Assembly: GCA_964633905.1 (NCBI GenBank)
Contig: CAZWIT010000002.1
Location: 128,833 to 192,832 of the forward strand
Direction: 5' to 3'
DNA from: an uncultured Gammaproteobacteria bacterium
GTDB taxonomy: Bacteria; Patescibacteriota; Patescibacteriia; UBA1558; GWA2-36-10
DNA: 64,000 nucleotides
Shown here: in pieces, positions 37,678 through 48,200 of the stretch
Layout of the letters: the number at the start of each line of letters is the position of its first letter
Numbering within the stretch: the stretch's first letter is position 1
Notes under the pieces: model-generated
Told to the model about the DNA's origin: nothing
The model's input: the letters and a program-made list of their open reading frames with translations, nothing else
Database searches by the model: none
Program-made: the position numbers and the translations under genes

Positions 37678-38820
37678 GTGAAGTTAGTAGAAACTAAAAT
37701 TTATTTAAAATTTATTGTTTGGTTTATTGGTGTGGCTTTGCTGCCCATGGTGCTATTATTGCTATCTTTTTATTTAGCGGGCCAAGATGGGGTTAGCCCA
37801 TTTTTATCTAATTTACCGACTATTATTTGGATTGGAATTTTCTCTTCTTTGGCTTTAGTTTTATTATTGTCACTACTAGCGACTCGTTATTTATCTAGGA
37901 TAATAACTTCACCAGTACAACGTTCGGTTAATGAGCTTTCTCAAGTGGTAGATTTGCTCTTAAAATCTATTCAAAATTTATCTACTATTAGCCAAAGTAA
38001 TAATCAGATTTCTCAAGTTTTAACTATCACCAGCCAACAACAGCAGTTAGGCTTAAAAAATGGTGGCAAGGCTCTAGCTAGTATGGTTTCAGCTTTGAAT
38101 AAGATTAGCCAAAAAACAGAATTAGTTACTAGCGATGCTATTAAGACTGATAAGCTTGCCAAAGAAGGAGCGACTAAATCAAATAAAGCCATAGCTAGTC
38201 TTTCGGCAGTTAGAAATTTATTAACTGAACATCAAAAATTAAGTCAAGCTTTGCAGGCCTATACTAATAAAGTTGTAGATATAGCTAAAAGAGTGGCTGT
38301 GGTAGCAGATACGGCTAGATTTTTTAGCTTAAACATGTCGATTGAGGCTAATAAAACAGCTTTAAGTGAGGATTTTGTTGATTTAGTGGCACAATTACGC
38401 GATTTGAATATGGCTAGCGAAACCGCAGCTAGTAGTATTCAAAATTTATCTGAAGAAATGCGTCGTCATATTGAACAGTCTAAACAGTCGACTATTTTTG
38501 AGTGGCAAGAAACTAATAAAAGTATTGATACTGTAGTACAAACTCTTAATTTTTTTGACAAAATTATCAAAAATGTTGCCCAAATTACGGATAACATCCA
38601 AGTAATTAATCAAGAAAGTTCAAGTACCTATCAAAAGGCTGGCGATATTAATACTATGATCAAAGATTTGACTAAACAATCACAATTACTAGTTAAGCAG
38701 ACAGATGATATTACTAAAGTAATTCAAAATCAATTGGTGGTAACCAGGTCTTTAAATAAATCATCTTTGTCTTTAAATGAAGTTACAGATTCCCTAGATA
38801 ATTTAGTAGGTAGTAAATAA
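37678..38820 (+). CDS. Methyl-accepting chemotaxis protein-like transducer (PilJ-like), GTG start
   Basis: Two N-terminal TM helices with a very short loop, then a coiled-coil signalling region. VAVVADTARFFSLNMSIEANKTA aligns with the conserved MCP signalling-domain core. Confidence 0.6.
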   Translation: MKLVETKIYLKFIVWFIGVALLPMVLLLLSFYLAGQDGVSPFLSNLPTIIWIGIFSSLALVLLLSLLATRYLSRIITSPVQRSVNELSQVVDLLLKSIQNLSTISQSNNQISQVLTITSQQQQLGLKNGGKALASMVSALNKISQKTELVTSDAIKTDKLAKEGATKSNKAIASLSAVRNLLTEHQKLSQALQAYTNKVVDIAKRVAVVADTARFFSLNMSIEANKTALSEDFVDLVAQLRDLNMASETAASSIQNLSEEMRRHIEQSKQSTIFEWQETNKSIDTVVQTLNFFDKIIKNVAQITDNIQVINQESSSTYQKAGDINTMIKDLTKQSQLLVKQTDDITKVIQNQLVVTRSLNKSSLSLNEVTDSLDNLVGSK

Positions 38821-38821
38821 G

Positions 38822-39238
38822 ATGGCAAGTATTGGTAAAAAATACATTTTAATAAAGATTAACGAAGAGCAATGGGCTTGGCCGCTTGAGTCTAGTAGTC
38901 AATTTTTTAACATCGATTATATCTTACCTTTGCCTAAGACAGATAAATATATAGCTGGCCTTGCTTATCAGCATGGGCGTATTTTGACTGTGCTTAGGGC
39001 TGATAAATTAATTGGTCATGCCAAAAGTAATTTAAATATGAAGCAGGCTTTGTGGTTTGACTATCGACAAGATGCTTATGCAATATTAGTTGATGCTGGT
39101 GGCGAAATCATAACTGTTAAAAATTTTTCTAATGATCCACAAAAGAAAATCTTCAAAAAATATTTTAAACATCAAGCCAGTAGAATATATTGTTTAGAGC
39201 CAGAATTAATCATGTCAATATTAAAGATTTATGATTAG
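38822..39238 (+). CDS. CheW-like coupling protein
   Basis: 138 aa. YILIKINEEQWAWPL...YIAGLAYQHGRILTVL matches the CheW-domain pattern. Confidence 0.7.
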   Translation: MASIGKKYILIKINEEQWAWPLESSSQFFNIDYILPLPKTDKYIAGLAYQHGRILTVLRADKLIGHAKSNLNMKQALWFDYRQDAYAILVDAGGEIITVKNFSNDPQKKIFKKYFKHQASRIYCLEPELIMSILKIYD

Positions 39239-40790
39239 TAATAAATATCGAGAATTGTATATTACTAGTACTCAAGAACAGCTCAAAGAGCTAGCTGATT
39301 TATTTTTGTCTTTAGACAAGAATATGCAGAATAAAAATATTTTGGCTGATATTTTCAGATCTTTGCATTCTATGAAGGGCGCGGCCGCTACTATGGCTTA
39401 CAATAAAACGGTTGATTTTATTCATAATTTTGAGAGCATTATTCAGGCAGCGGCTACGGGTAAATTAAGTTTAAATAAAGATTTGTTAGATTTATTTATC
39501 ACTCTAGTTGATCATTTGCAAGATAATTTACATAGTATTAGCAGTCAGGATAAAGAGCGAGATTTTAGACAGGACAATGGCGATTTACAAAAAATTCTAA
39601 AACAACCTAGTGCTAAAATTATTAAGTTAAATAATTTGTCTGTTAAAAAAGAAGAAAATTCTGATCTAGTATCATCCCGACAAATTAGTGATTTGAGTTT
39701 AGCGGTCAGTAGCCTGGATCAGGTTCAAGATACTATGGATGATTTATTAGTTAGTATCATGTCGATTAAGGCACAAGCTTTAAAAAATGGTCAAGTTGAT
39801 CTTTTAGCCAGCGTCTTATCAGCTGATACTTTGGCTAATAATTTAAGAAGGCAGTTAGAACGTTTACGCGTTATTCCTTTAGCTACAGCTTTATCGACTT
39901 TGCCTTATTTAGTGCGATCGGTGGCTAAAGATGAAAATAAAAAAGTAAAGCTAGTTATTGAAGATAATAATTTATCTTTGGATAAATCAATGGTAGACGA
40001 TCTACTGGAAATTATAATTCAACTAGTCAAAAATTCAGTTGTTCATGGTATTAAAACTAAGCAAGCAAACGGTCAGATTAATGTTGTGGTCAATTTAATG
40101 TCAGATCATGTAGTGGTTAAAGTTAGCGATAATGGTCAAGGTATTGATTGGCATAAAGTAAAAATTTTGGCTATCAAAAAAAAGATAGTAAGTAGTAGTC
40201 AAGCAGCAAAACTCTCCGCCTCTCAGATTTTGAATTTATTGTTTCATGTAAATATGTCTAGTCAAAAACATCTAGACATTAATGCGGGCAGGGGAGTTGG
40301 TTTGAGTTTAGTAAAAAGTAAAGTTTTTGATTTAAATGGCACGATTCAGGTGCAGAGCGTAGTGCACAAGGGTACTACTTTTACTATGAAATTTCCTTTG
40401 CCCTTATCAATTTTTAAGAGTTTATCTTTTCAAATTGGTGATTGGGTGCTGGCGATTCCTTTATCACAAGTTGATAAAGTCGTACGTTTGCCAGAATTAA
40501 AAGATCTTTCTAAGGATAAGTTTTTTACTTATCATAAGCAAAGATTAAAATTGGTATCAATTTTAAAAATTTTGCCTTTAGAAAAATTTTCTAGTTTAGC
40601 AAAATATATCTTATATTTAAAAACGGAAGATGTTTTAAAAGCTTTGCCGATTTTCGGTAATTTAAAAGAAAGCGAGTTAGTTATGAAGTCAAGTCCTGCA
40701 ATTTTTCGTCAATTGCCGTATTTACGTGGTGTGGCAGTTTCTTCGGCGGGCAGGCCAGTGTTAATAATAGATGTTAATAAATTGAACTAA
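39231..40790 (+). CDS. CheA-like histidine kinase (ChpA-like)
   Basis: N-terminal HPt (LHSMKGAAATM), HATPase_c (DNGQGID, GRGVGLSLV) and a C-terminal CheW-like domain. Confidence 0.85.
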   Translation: MISNKYRELYITSTQEQLKELADLFLSLDKNMQNKNILADIFRSLHSMKGAAATMAYNKTVDFIHNFESIIQAAATGKLSLNKDLLDLFITLVDHLQDNLHSISSQDKERDFRQDNGDLQKILKQPSAKIIKLNNLSVKKEENSDLVSSRQISDLSLAVSSLDQVQDTMDDLLVSIMSIKAQALKNGQVDLLASVLSADTLANNLRRQLERLRVIPLATALSTLPYLVRSVAKDENKKVKLVIEDNNLSLDKSMVDDLLEIIIQLVKNSVVHGIKTKQANGQINVVVNLMSDHVVVKVSDNGQGIDWHKVKILAIKKKIVSSSQAAKLSASQILNLLFHVNMSSQKHLDINAGRGVGLSLVKSKVFDLNGTIQVQSVVHKGTTFTMKFPLPLSIFKSLSFQIGDWVLAIPLSQVDKVVRLPELKDLSKDKFFTYHKQRLKLVSILKILPLEKFSSLAKYILYLKTEDVLKALPIFGNLKESELVMKSSPAIFRQLPYLRGVAVSSAGRPVLIIDVNKLN

Positions 40791-40791
40791 T

Positions 40792-41211
40792 ATGGAAAAT
40801 AAGTTAGGGAAAATTTTGTTTGTTGATGATGATAATTTTTTACGCAAAGTTTATCAGTCAGAATTAAGTGAGCGTAATTATGAGGTAGTGTTAGCGGCTG
40901 ATGGTTTAGAGGGTTTAGAAAAGGCACAACTCGAAGATCCAGATTTGATTATTTTAGATATGATTATGCCTAAGAAAAATGGTTTCGAAGTCTTGACTGA
41001 ATTACAACGTAACCCCAAGACCCGTAGCATACCAGTGATTATTTTATCTAACTTGGGTCAGGAAGATGATAAAAAGAAAGGCATTGATTTGGGAGCAGTG
41101 GATTATTTAAAAAAGGATAATATGACTTTAGATTTATTGGTGGAAAAAATTAGTCAATATTTGAATTCTAAAACACATAGTAAACAAGCTAAAAATAATC
41201 AAGTAGTTTAA
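40792..41211 (+). CDS. CheY-like single-domain response regulator (PilG/PilH-like)
   Basis: ILFVDDD...DLIILDMIMPKKNG receiver-domain motifs. 139 aa, no output domain. Confidence 0.85.
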   Translation: MENKLGKILFVDDDNFLRKVYQSELSERNYEVVLAADGLEGLEKAQLEDPDLIILDMIMPKKNGFEVLTELQRNPKTRSIPVIILSNLGQEDDKKKGIDLGAVDYLKKDNMTLDLLVEKISQYLNSKTHSKQAKNNQVV

Positions 41212-41222
41212 TAATAAATAAG

Positions 41223-42908
41223 ATGGCGGCTTTATCGGAAGAAAAAATTTATCAAATTATTAGTAAAATCGGTTTAGTAAAACAGGATGTTTTGGACATG
41301 TCCGTCAAGACTGCCCAAGAGAAAAAAATTGATTTAGCAACTTTTTTGATTGAACAGGATTTACTTAAGCCGCAAGAGATTGGTCAGTTGGTTGCTAATA
41401 ATTTACATATTAAATATGCAAATCTGGCTAAAGAAAATATCAAGCCAGAAGTCCTGACACTATTGCCAGAGATTGTGGCGCGTAAGCAAAAAGTAGTTAT
41501 TTTTTCTCGTGATGTTGAGGGTACAAAAGTAGCCATGAGCGATCCTTTTGATTATCCGATGATCAAGGCCTTAGAAAAAAAATTAGGTGATAAAGTAATA
41601 CCATATTATTCTACAGATTATGAAATTACTAATGCTTTTCGACTTTATCGTCAAACTATTCAAAAAGAATATGTTAGTAATATTCAAAAAAATGCTATCA
41701 AAGCCCAGGGTGCTACCAAAGAGGATGTTTCTATTATTCGCTTAGTTGATGATTTATTAAGTTACGGTTTTATTAATCACGCTTCTGATGTTCATATCGA
41801 ACCAACGGAAAAAGAAGTAATAGTACGTTTTAGAATAGATGGCATTTTGTATGATGTTTTGAATTTTCCAAAAAGTATTTTGGAAATGATTGTCACTAGG
41901 ATTAAAATTTTAGCAAAACTTAGGACTGATGAAAGTCGTTCAGCTCAAGATGGTAAAATAATGACAGAAGTCGAAGGGGCACGCGTTGATATTAGGGTTT
42001 CAATTGTGCCTATTGTTAATGGTGAAAAAATAGTAATGCGTCTTTTGTCTTCACAGGGTAAGCAATTTAGTCTTGAAGATTTGGGCATGAGTGAACATGA
42101 TTTAACAATAGTTAATGAAGCAGCAGGTCGTCCTTATGGCATGATACTTTCTACTGGTCCTACTGGTTCTGGTAAAACAACTTCTCTATATGCCTTGATT
42201 AAAATTTTAAATCATAGAGATGTAAATATTTGTACGATTGAAGATCCAGTAGAATATAGTTTAGATGGCGTTAATCAGATCCAAGTCAATCCACAAACCA
42301 ATCTAACTTTTGCGGCTGGCTTACGTTCACTACTGCGTCAAGATCCTGATATTATTATGGTTGGAGAAATTCGTGATAATGAAACAGCTGGTATTGCTAT
42401 TAATGCCGCTATGACTGGGCATTTGGTTTTATCTACTTTGCATACCAATGATGCAGCTACTTCTTTACCACGTTTGATTGATATGCATATCGAGCCTTTT
42501 TTGGTAGCCTCAACTGTAAATATTATTATTGGTCAACGTTTGGTGCGTAAGATTTGTATGAAATGTATTTTTAGTTATACCTTGACGCCCAAAGAGTTAG
42601 AAGATTTGAAAAAAGAAATTAATATTGATAAATATTTGAATACCCAAGCTATACCAGAAGTTAGATTATATAAAGGTAAGGGCTGTGAGCATTGTAATCA
42701 TACTGGTTATGCAGGGCGTATTGGTATTTTTGAAGTTTTGCAAATGCAAGATAATATCAAAGAATTAATTGTGAGTAGATCTGATTCTGATCAAATTGCC
42801 AAACAAGCGCGAGCTAACGGTATGATCACCATGCTTGAAGATGGTTTTATTAAGTCAGTAGCAGGTAAAACTACTATTGAAGAAGTATTTAGAGTAACCA
42901 AACAATAA
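41223..42908 (+). CDS. pilB: Type IV pilus assembly ATPase PilB/GspE family
   Basis: N-terminal T2SE_N domain, Walker A GPTGSGKTT, Asp/His boxes, and a tetracysteine motif (CMKC...CEHC). Confidence 0.9.
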   Translation: MAALSEEKIYQIISKIGLVKQDVLDMSVKTAQEKKIDLATFLIEQDLLKPQEIGQLVANNLHIKYANLAKENIKPEVLTLLPEIVARKQKVVIFSRDVEGTKVAMSDPFDYPMIKALEKKLGDKVIPYYSTDYEITNAFRLYRQTIQKEYVSNIQKNAIKAQGATKEDVSIIRLVDDLLSYGFINHASDVHIEPTEKEVIVRFRIDGILYDVLNFPKSILEMIVTRIKILAKLRTDESRSAQDGKIMTEVEGARVDIRVSIVPIVNGEKIVMRLLSSQGKQFSLEDLGMSEHDLTIVNEAAGRPYGMILSTGPTGSGKTTSLYALIKILNHRDVNICTIEDPVEYSLDGVNQIQVNPQTNLTFAAGLRSLLRQDPDIIMVGEIRDNETAGIAINAAMTGHLVLSTLHTNDAATSLPRLIDMHIEPFLVASTVNIIIGQRLVRKICMKCIFSYTLTPKELEDLKKEINIDKYLNTQAIPEVRLYKGKGCEHCNHTGYAGRIGIFEVLQMQDNIKELIVSRSDSDQIAKQARANGMITMLEDGFIKSVAGKTTIEEVFRVTKQ

Positions 42909-42909
42909 T

Positions 42910-44124
42910 ATGATTTTTGTTTATCAGCTCACTGATAATAAAGGTAAAATTACCAAAGGGCGTCTAGAGGCAGCTAATATTGCCGAAGCTCGTAATCGTT
43001 TAGCCTTGCAAGACGGAACGATTGTTTCTTTAGAGCAATTTGTGGCCAAAAAAAGCTCATTAGCCCTATCCAAACAAATGGCCATTGGCAACATGCGCTT
43101 ATTAGATCGGATTATGTTTGCTAAACATTTGGCAGTCATGATTCGTTCTGGTATGTCTATAGATGCAGCTTTTGAAGTGCTAGCTGATAATCCTTCCGCT
43201 TTAGTTGCTAGCAGGATGAAAGGTATTCTAGAAGAAATTAGACGGGGGCACTCTTTAGCTGATGCCTTAAAAAAATATCCCAAAGATTTTGATAATTTAT
43301 TTATCAATATGGTAGCAGTGGGCGAGTCGAGTGGCACTTTATCCAAAAATTTAGAGCTGCTGGCTATGCAACAGCACAAGACTTATGATTTGCGTAATAA
43401 AATTAAAGCAGCTTCTATTTACCCAAGCGTAATTATAGTTGGTGTTATTTTTTTGATAGCTATTGTCTCTAAATTTGTGTTGCCAAGATTAACGGGATTT
43501 TTTACTGCCCTTGGTACTGATTTGCCTTTGTCGACTAAGATTATGATGGCGGTGGCTGGTTTTTTTGTAAATAGTTGGGGAATAGTAGTTGGAATTATTG
43601 CTTTAATTTTTGTGGGCATTATTATTATGTCTCGTTATTATGTAACCCGCCTTTGGTTGCATTATACTTTACTTAAAATACCATTGGTCGGTAAAATCAA
43701 TAGCCACGTTAATTTAGCTTTGTTTTGCCGGACTACGGCTTCACTTTTGACTAGCGGTATACCGATTGATCAGGCTCTTAATATAGTTAGTAATACTTTG
43801 ACCAACACTGTTTATAGGGAGCAGGTGGTTATTGTTTATCATAGTGTCTTAAAAGGAAATTCTTTAGCTGATGCTATGGCTAATAAAAAATATTTTCCAA
43901 CTATGTTACACCGTATGACTAAGGTAGGAGAAAATTCAGGAAACTTGAGTGAAGTTCTAAATTATTTAGCAGAGTTTTATGAGGAAGATGTTGATAATGC
44001 AACTAAGAACTTTTCCAATGTTTTAGAGCCGGCCCTATTGGTGGCCATTGGTTTAACAGTTGGTTTTGCGGCTATTTCTATTATTCAACCAATATTCAAA
44101 TTAATCAGCGTTACTGGAGCTTAA
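42910..44124 (+). CDS. pilC: Type IV pilus inner-membrane platform protein PilC/GspF family
   Basis: Two T2SSF repeats and 3 TM segments. Directly follows pilB. Confidence 0.85.
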   Translation: MIFVYQLTDNKGKITKGRLEAANIAEARNRLALQDGTIVSLEQFVAKKSSLALSKQMAIGNMRLLDRIMFAKHLAVMIRSGMSIDAAFEVLADNPSALVASRMKGILEEIRRGHSLADALKKYPKDFDNLFINMVAVGESSGTLSKNLELLAMQQHKTYDLRNKIKAASIYPSVIIVGVIFLIAIVSKFVLPRLTGFFTALGTDLPLSTKIMMAVAGFFVNSWGIVVGIIALIFVGIIIMSRYYVTRLWLHYTLLKIPLVGKINSHVNLALFCRTTASLLTSGIPIDQALNIVSNTLTNTVYREQVVIVYHSVLKGNSLADAMANKKYFPTMLHRMTKVGENSGNLSEVLNYLAEFYEEDVDNATKNFSNVLEPALLVAIGLTVGFAAISIIQPIFKLISVTGA

Positions 44125-44156
44125 GGAATAAGTTAATTTTTAAAATAAAATTTACA

Positions 44157-45272
44157 GTGAGCAGTATTTTAAAAACAATAAAAAATTTAAAACATAATAA
44201 TTTTAATATTTCTCTAAAGGGTTTTACTTTGGTAGAAATTTTAATAGTAGTTTCAGTATTAATTGTGATTTCTGCTTCGGGCGTGGCGATTTTTTCTAGC
44301 CGTACTACCCAAGTTAGTCTAGATGCTAGCTCTAAAGAAGTGATAGAGATAATTTCCCAAGCACGTAATTATGCTGTTACTGGTTATTTTGGCGATGCTT
44401 GGGGTATTAGAATTTTAGACGATAGTAGTGCTTGCGTTGATAGTGGTGATTGCGTGGTGATGTTTAAGGGTGAGTCATACTTGAGCCGTGACATTGCCTA
44501 TGATCGTAGCGTTCAGCTTGATAAGGGGGTTTATATTGATGCTAGTTCTGCCAATGAGTTTTATTTTAAACCAGTAGCTGGCTGGCTAAGTACTACTACT
44601 GGCGCTTTGGCTCAGCAGCAACTTACTTTAAAAAGTAATGATGGTGATAGTGAAACCATTGCTATTGCCGCTAGTGGTATTTCTTATTATTTTTATTGTG
44701 GCATTGATGAAGTTTTTGATATAGATGGTAAATCTTATGAAACTATTCAGATCGGTGATCAATGTTGGATGAAAGAAAATTTAAATACAGGAGTCATGTT
44801 AGCTAGCGCTGCTACTAATCCTAGTGATAATGATATAGTTGAAAAATGGTGTAATGCTGATTCGGAGGCAAATTGTGCTAGTACAGGTGGTCTCTACAGT
44901 TGGGATGAATTAATGGGTTATATGATGTTGGGTTCATCTTGGCAAAATAGGGGGATTTGTCCTTATGGTTGGCATGTACCAACAGAAGCTGAGCTTGATA
45001 TTTTGACTTCAGCTTATCCGCCAGCTTCCAATGGTACAGCTTTAAAAATCGGTGGTATTTCTGGATTTGATTTGTTGCCAGCTAATGAAATGAACACTGA
45101 TACCAATACTTATGATGATGCAGATTTGAGCGTTTTGTGGACTTCTAGTGAAAATATTGCTTTTACTAGCGAGGCTTATATTCAATACGTAGATACGCCA
45201 AGTGCCAGCATGAATAAAACTACCAATGATAAGGATTGGGGATTTTCAGTAAGGTGTTTACAGAATGATTAA
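44157..45272 (+). CDS. Prepilin-type (class III signal peptide) protein fused to a Fibrobacter-succinogenes-major-paralogous (FISUMP, TIGR02145-like) domain
   Basis: Leader ...SLKG|FTLVEILIVV (Glu at +5). The C-terminal ~170 aa match the FISUMP pattern (DIDGKSYETIQIGDQCWMKENL...GICPYGWHVPTEAELDIL...GFSVRCLQND). Confidence 0.7.
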   Translation: MSSILKTIKNLKHNNFNISLKGFTLVEILIVVSVLIVISASGVAIFSSRTTQVSLDASSKEVIEIISQARNYAVTGYFGDAWGIRILDDSSACVDSGDCVVMFKGESYLSRDIAYDRSVQLDKGVYIDASSANEFYFKPVAGWLSTTTGALAQQQLTLKSNDGDSETIAIAASGISYYFYCGIDEVFDIDGKSYETIQIGDQCWMKENLNTGVMLASAATNPSDNDIVEKWCNADSEANCASTGGLYSWDELMGYMMLGSSWQNRGICPYGWHVPTEAELDILTSAYPPASNGTALKIGGISGFDLLPANEMNTDTNTYDDADLSVLWTSSENIAFTSEAYIQYVDTPSASMNKTTNDKDWGFSVRCLQND

Positions 45273-45293
45273 TTTTATTTTTTAAAAATAGAT

Positions 45294-48200
45294 TTGATTT
45301 TAGGGTATATGTTTAATAAAAAATCACATTATAAAATTAAAAAAAGAGGCAATGGTTTTTCTTTGGTGGAATTAGTAGTGGCTCTTGGGATTTTTGCTAT
45401 TGTATCTAGTGGTGTGATTTTTGTGGTGATTAATTCTTATCGTACTTATTATGGATCAGGTGACAGGCAGGTAGTAGTCCAATTTGCTCAAGAAGGCTTA
45501 GAAGCTGTCAAAAGTATCCGTGATAATAGTTGGCAGGGTATAGTAGCAGTCGCTGATGATAATGATCATGGAGTAATTAAAGTTAATGGCTTATGGCAGT
45601 TTAGTGGCACTAATAATACTTTAGGTGCTTTAACTAGGACCATTGTGATTAGTAATGTTAGTCGTGATGCTAGTGGTAATATCGATGCTGGTGTTACTTA
45701 TGATCCTAATACTAAAAAAGTAATAGTGACAGTTTCGGGATCTGGTATTTCTAATTATGTTTTAGTTAGCTTTATTACGAATTGGTCTCATCGTTATTGG
45801 GAGCAGACTGATTGGTCAGGAGTTGGTACTAGTGAATTTTGGAACAGTGCACTTAAAGCTTCCTCATCCTATTCTAATATTAGTACTGCTACACCCGGTG
45901 CTTTGACTTTGGCCTTATCGGCTGGTGGTACGCCTGGTAGCTATGGCGATTGGGGCGATGTTTATCCTTTGGCCACTACCACTTATTTTACTAATCAAAT
46001 TCACGGCATGGCTTTATCACCTGATCAAAGAACTTTGTATACCACTGGCAATGATACGGCTCAAAGTTTTAGGGCTTATGATGTTTCTCAAGCAAGAGCT
46101 GGTATTATCAAAGAATTATGGAGTATAAAATATAATACTGACGTGCTTTTGGTTAACGCAGCTACAGTAACAGTGCATCCTAATGGACGCTATGTTTATG
46201 TTGGTTGTTATGCTGCTACCGGTGTTACTGGTAGGTTAATTTTAATTATAGATACAGTGACTAGGCAGTATACGTTTTCTACTGGTGGTACGGCCGGCAG
46301 TTCAACTATGTATATAAATGATATTGTGGTTGATGCGGACTCCAATTATTTATATGCCTTGGGTCGTAATTTTAGAATTTTTCCTTTTCAAATTACTAAT
46401 GATGGAGCTACGCTAACTTTAGTGGGGAATAGTGCTGGCCAAATTATGGCAGGTGGCGCTCTTAATCGAGGTGTGATAGCAAATGGTTGGTTATATATAG
46501 TAACTTCAGATGGTCCTAAATCATTTCAAAAAATAAATATTTCTAATCCAGCTGCTTTGACTACCACAACTGGTGGCGGCTATGTTTTTGCTAACCCCAA
46601 TGGAGCTAGGCCTAGATATAATCTTAAATATATAGAAACAGTGGCTGATCAGCCTCGTTTTCTGGTGACTAATTATTCTGGTTCGTATGAGGTAGAAATT
46701 ATAGAAGATGATGGGACGTCAGCTACTACTATTGGTAATTTAGGTTTAACTAATAGTCTTTATTTTGATATAGCTGATGGTGGTTTAGATGCTAGAACTT
46801 ATTGGCTGTATAATTATTATGGTGATTTACAAGAAATATATATCAATACGAGTGGCGTGCCGACTATTACTGGATCAGTTTGCAATGGCCGAGCTTGTAA
46901 GTATGGAAATTATTATCAGGATGTAGTTAGTAGTAGTAGTTTTTGGGCTGATAATATGGTTTACAGTAGCGTTTTAGGTGGTTTGATATTATTAGAATAT
47001 CAAGGTGCGACACCAGCTACTTATAATATGTACTTTGTTCCTAAAACTGAAACCAGGGCTAACGGCGCTACTTATTCTTATCGGCGGGCAATTACAATTG
47101 ATCATACTAAAGTATCTACTGAAGATCAAAGTTCTTTTCCAGTGCTCATTTCTGGAACCTATAGTTATTTAAAAACAACTGCTAATGGTGGTAATACCCA
47201 GAGTGATTATGGTTATGATATTATTTTTACCTCAGATATTGACGGCAATACGATACTTGATCATGAGATCGAAAGCTATTCTTCTAGTACGGGGGCTTTA
47301 ACTGCTTGGGTCAGAATTCCGACGCTATCATATACTGCGGACACTACTATTTATATGTTTTATGGGAATAACACCATTAGCACTTCACAAGAGAGAGCAA
47401 ATAGTGTTTGGGATGGTAATTTTAAGTTTGTTAGTCACATGGCTGGCAATGGTACGGACTCGGTGCGTAATGATTCTACTTCCGATAATAATTCTTTTTA
47501 TAAGTATTCAGGTGACCCTAGTACTTTTGATGTAGCGGTTTCAGCGAGTTCTGATGATGCCCAAGAGTTAGTTTCTAATGGCACTGTTACTACCAATGCA
47601 GATCCTTTGCATATGTCTTATAACGGTGGCACTTATTATACTGGTTTACGTTTTCAAAATGTGCAAGTGCCACAGGGATCTACAATTATTAATGCTTATT
47701 TAGAATTTCAAGCAGGTACACAATCAGGGGTTAATGGTGATGCTATTAATAATGTTATAGCCGCTGAAGCTACAGATGACGCAGCTACTTTTGCCGCTAC
47801 TAACTATAATATTTCCTCAAGATCAACCACTACTAGTTTTGTGACTTGGAGTTGGGCAGCAGCTTGGACAGCTGGCACTCTTTATCGTACTAATGATATT
47901 AGTCCAGTTATTAGAGAAGTTATTAACCGGCCTGGTTGGGTTAGCGGCAATGACATGGCTTTTAGGATAGCGCCTGATCCAACACAAACTTCTAAAAAGG
48001 TTGCAAAATCATATGACAATGCTACTTGGACCAGTACCACTAGTCCGCGTTTATATATTAATTATGCTTCTAGTACTAGTGGTCAAATAAATAGTGGTGA
48101 TTATTTTGATAACTATGGAGATAAACTATATGCTTTTGCTAATTATAAATCATTATGGCAAAACACTTCTGATTTTACTGCTGAATTTTGGGTTAAATAT

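Noticed and set aside
42924-43619. Minus-strand ORFs inside pilC
   Set aside because: Antisense shadow ORFs.
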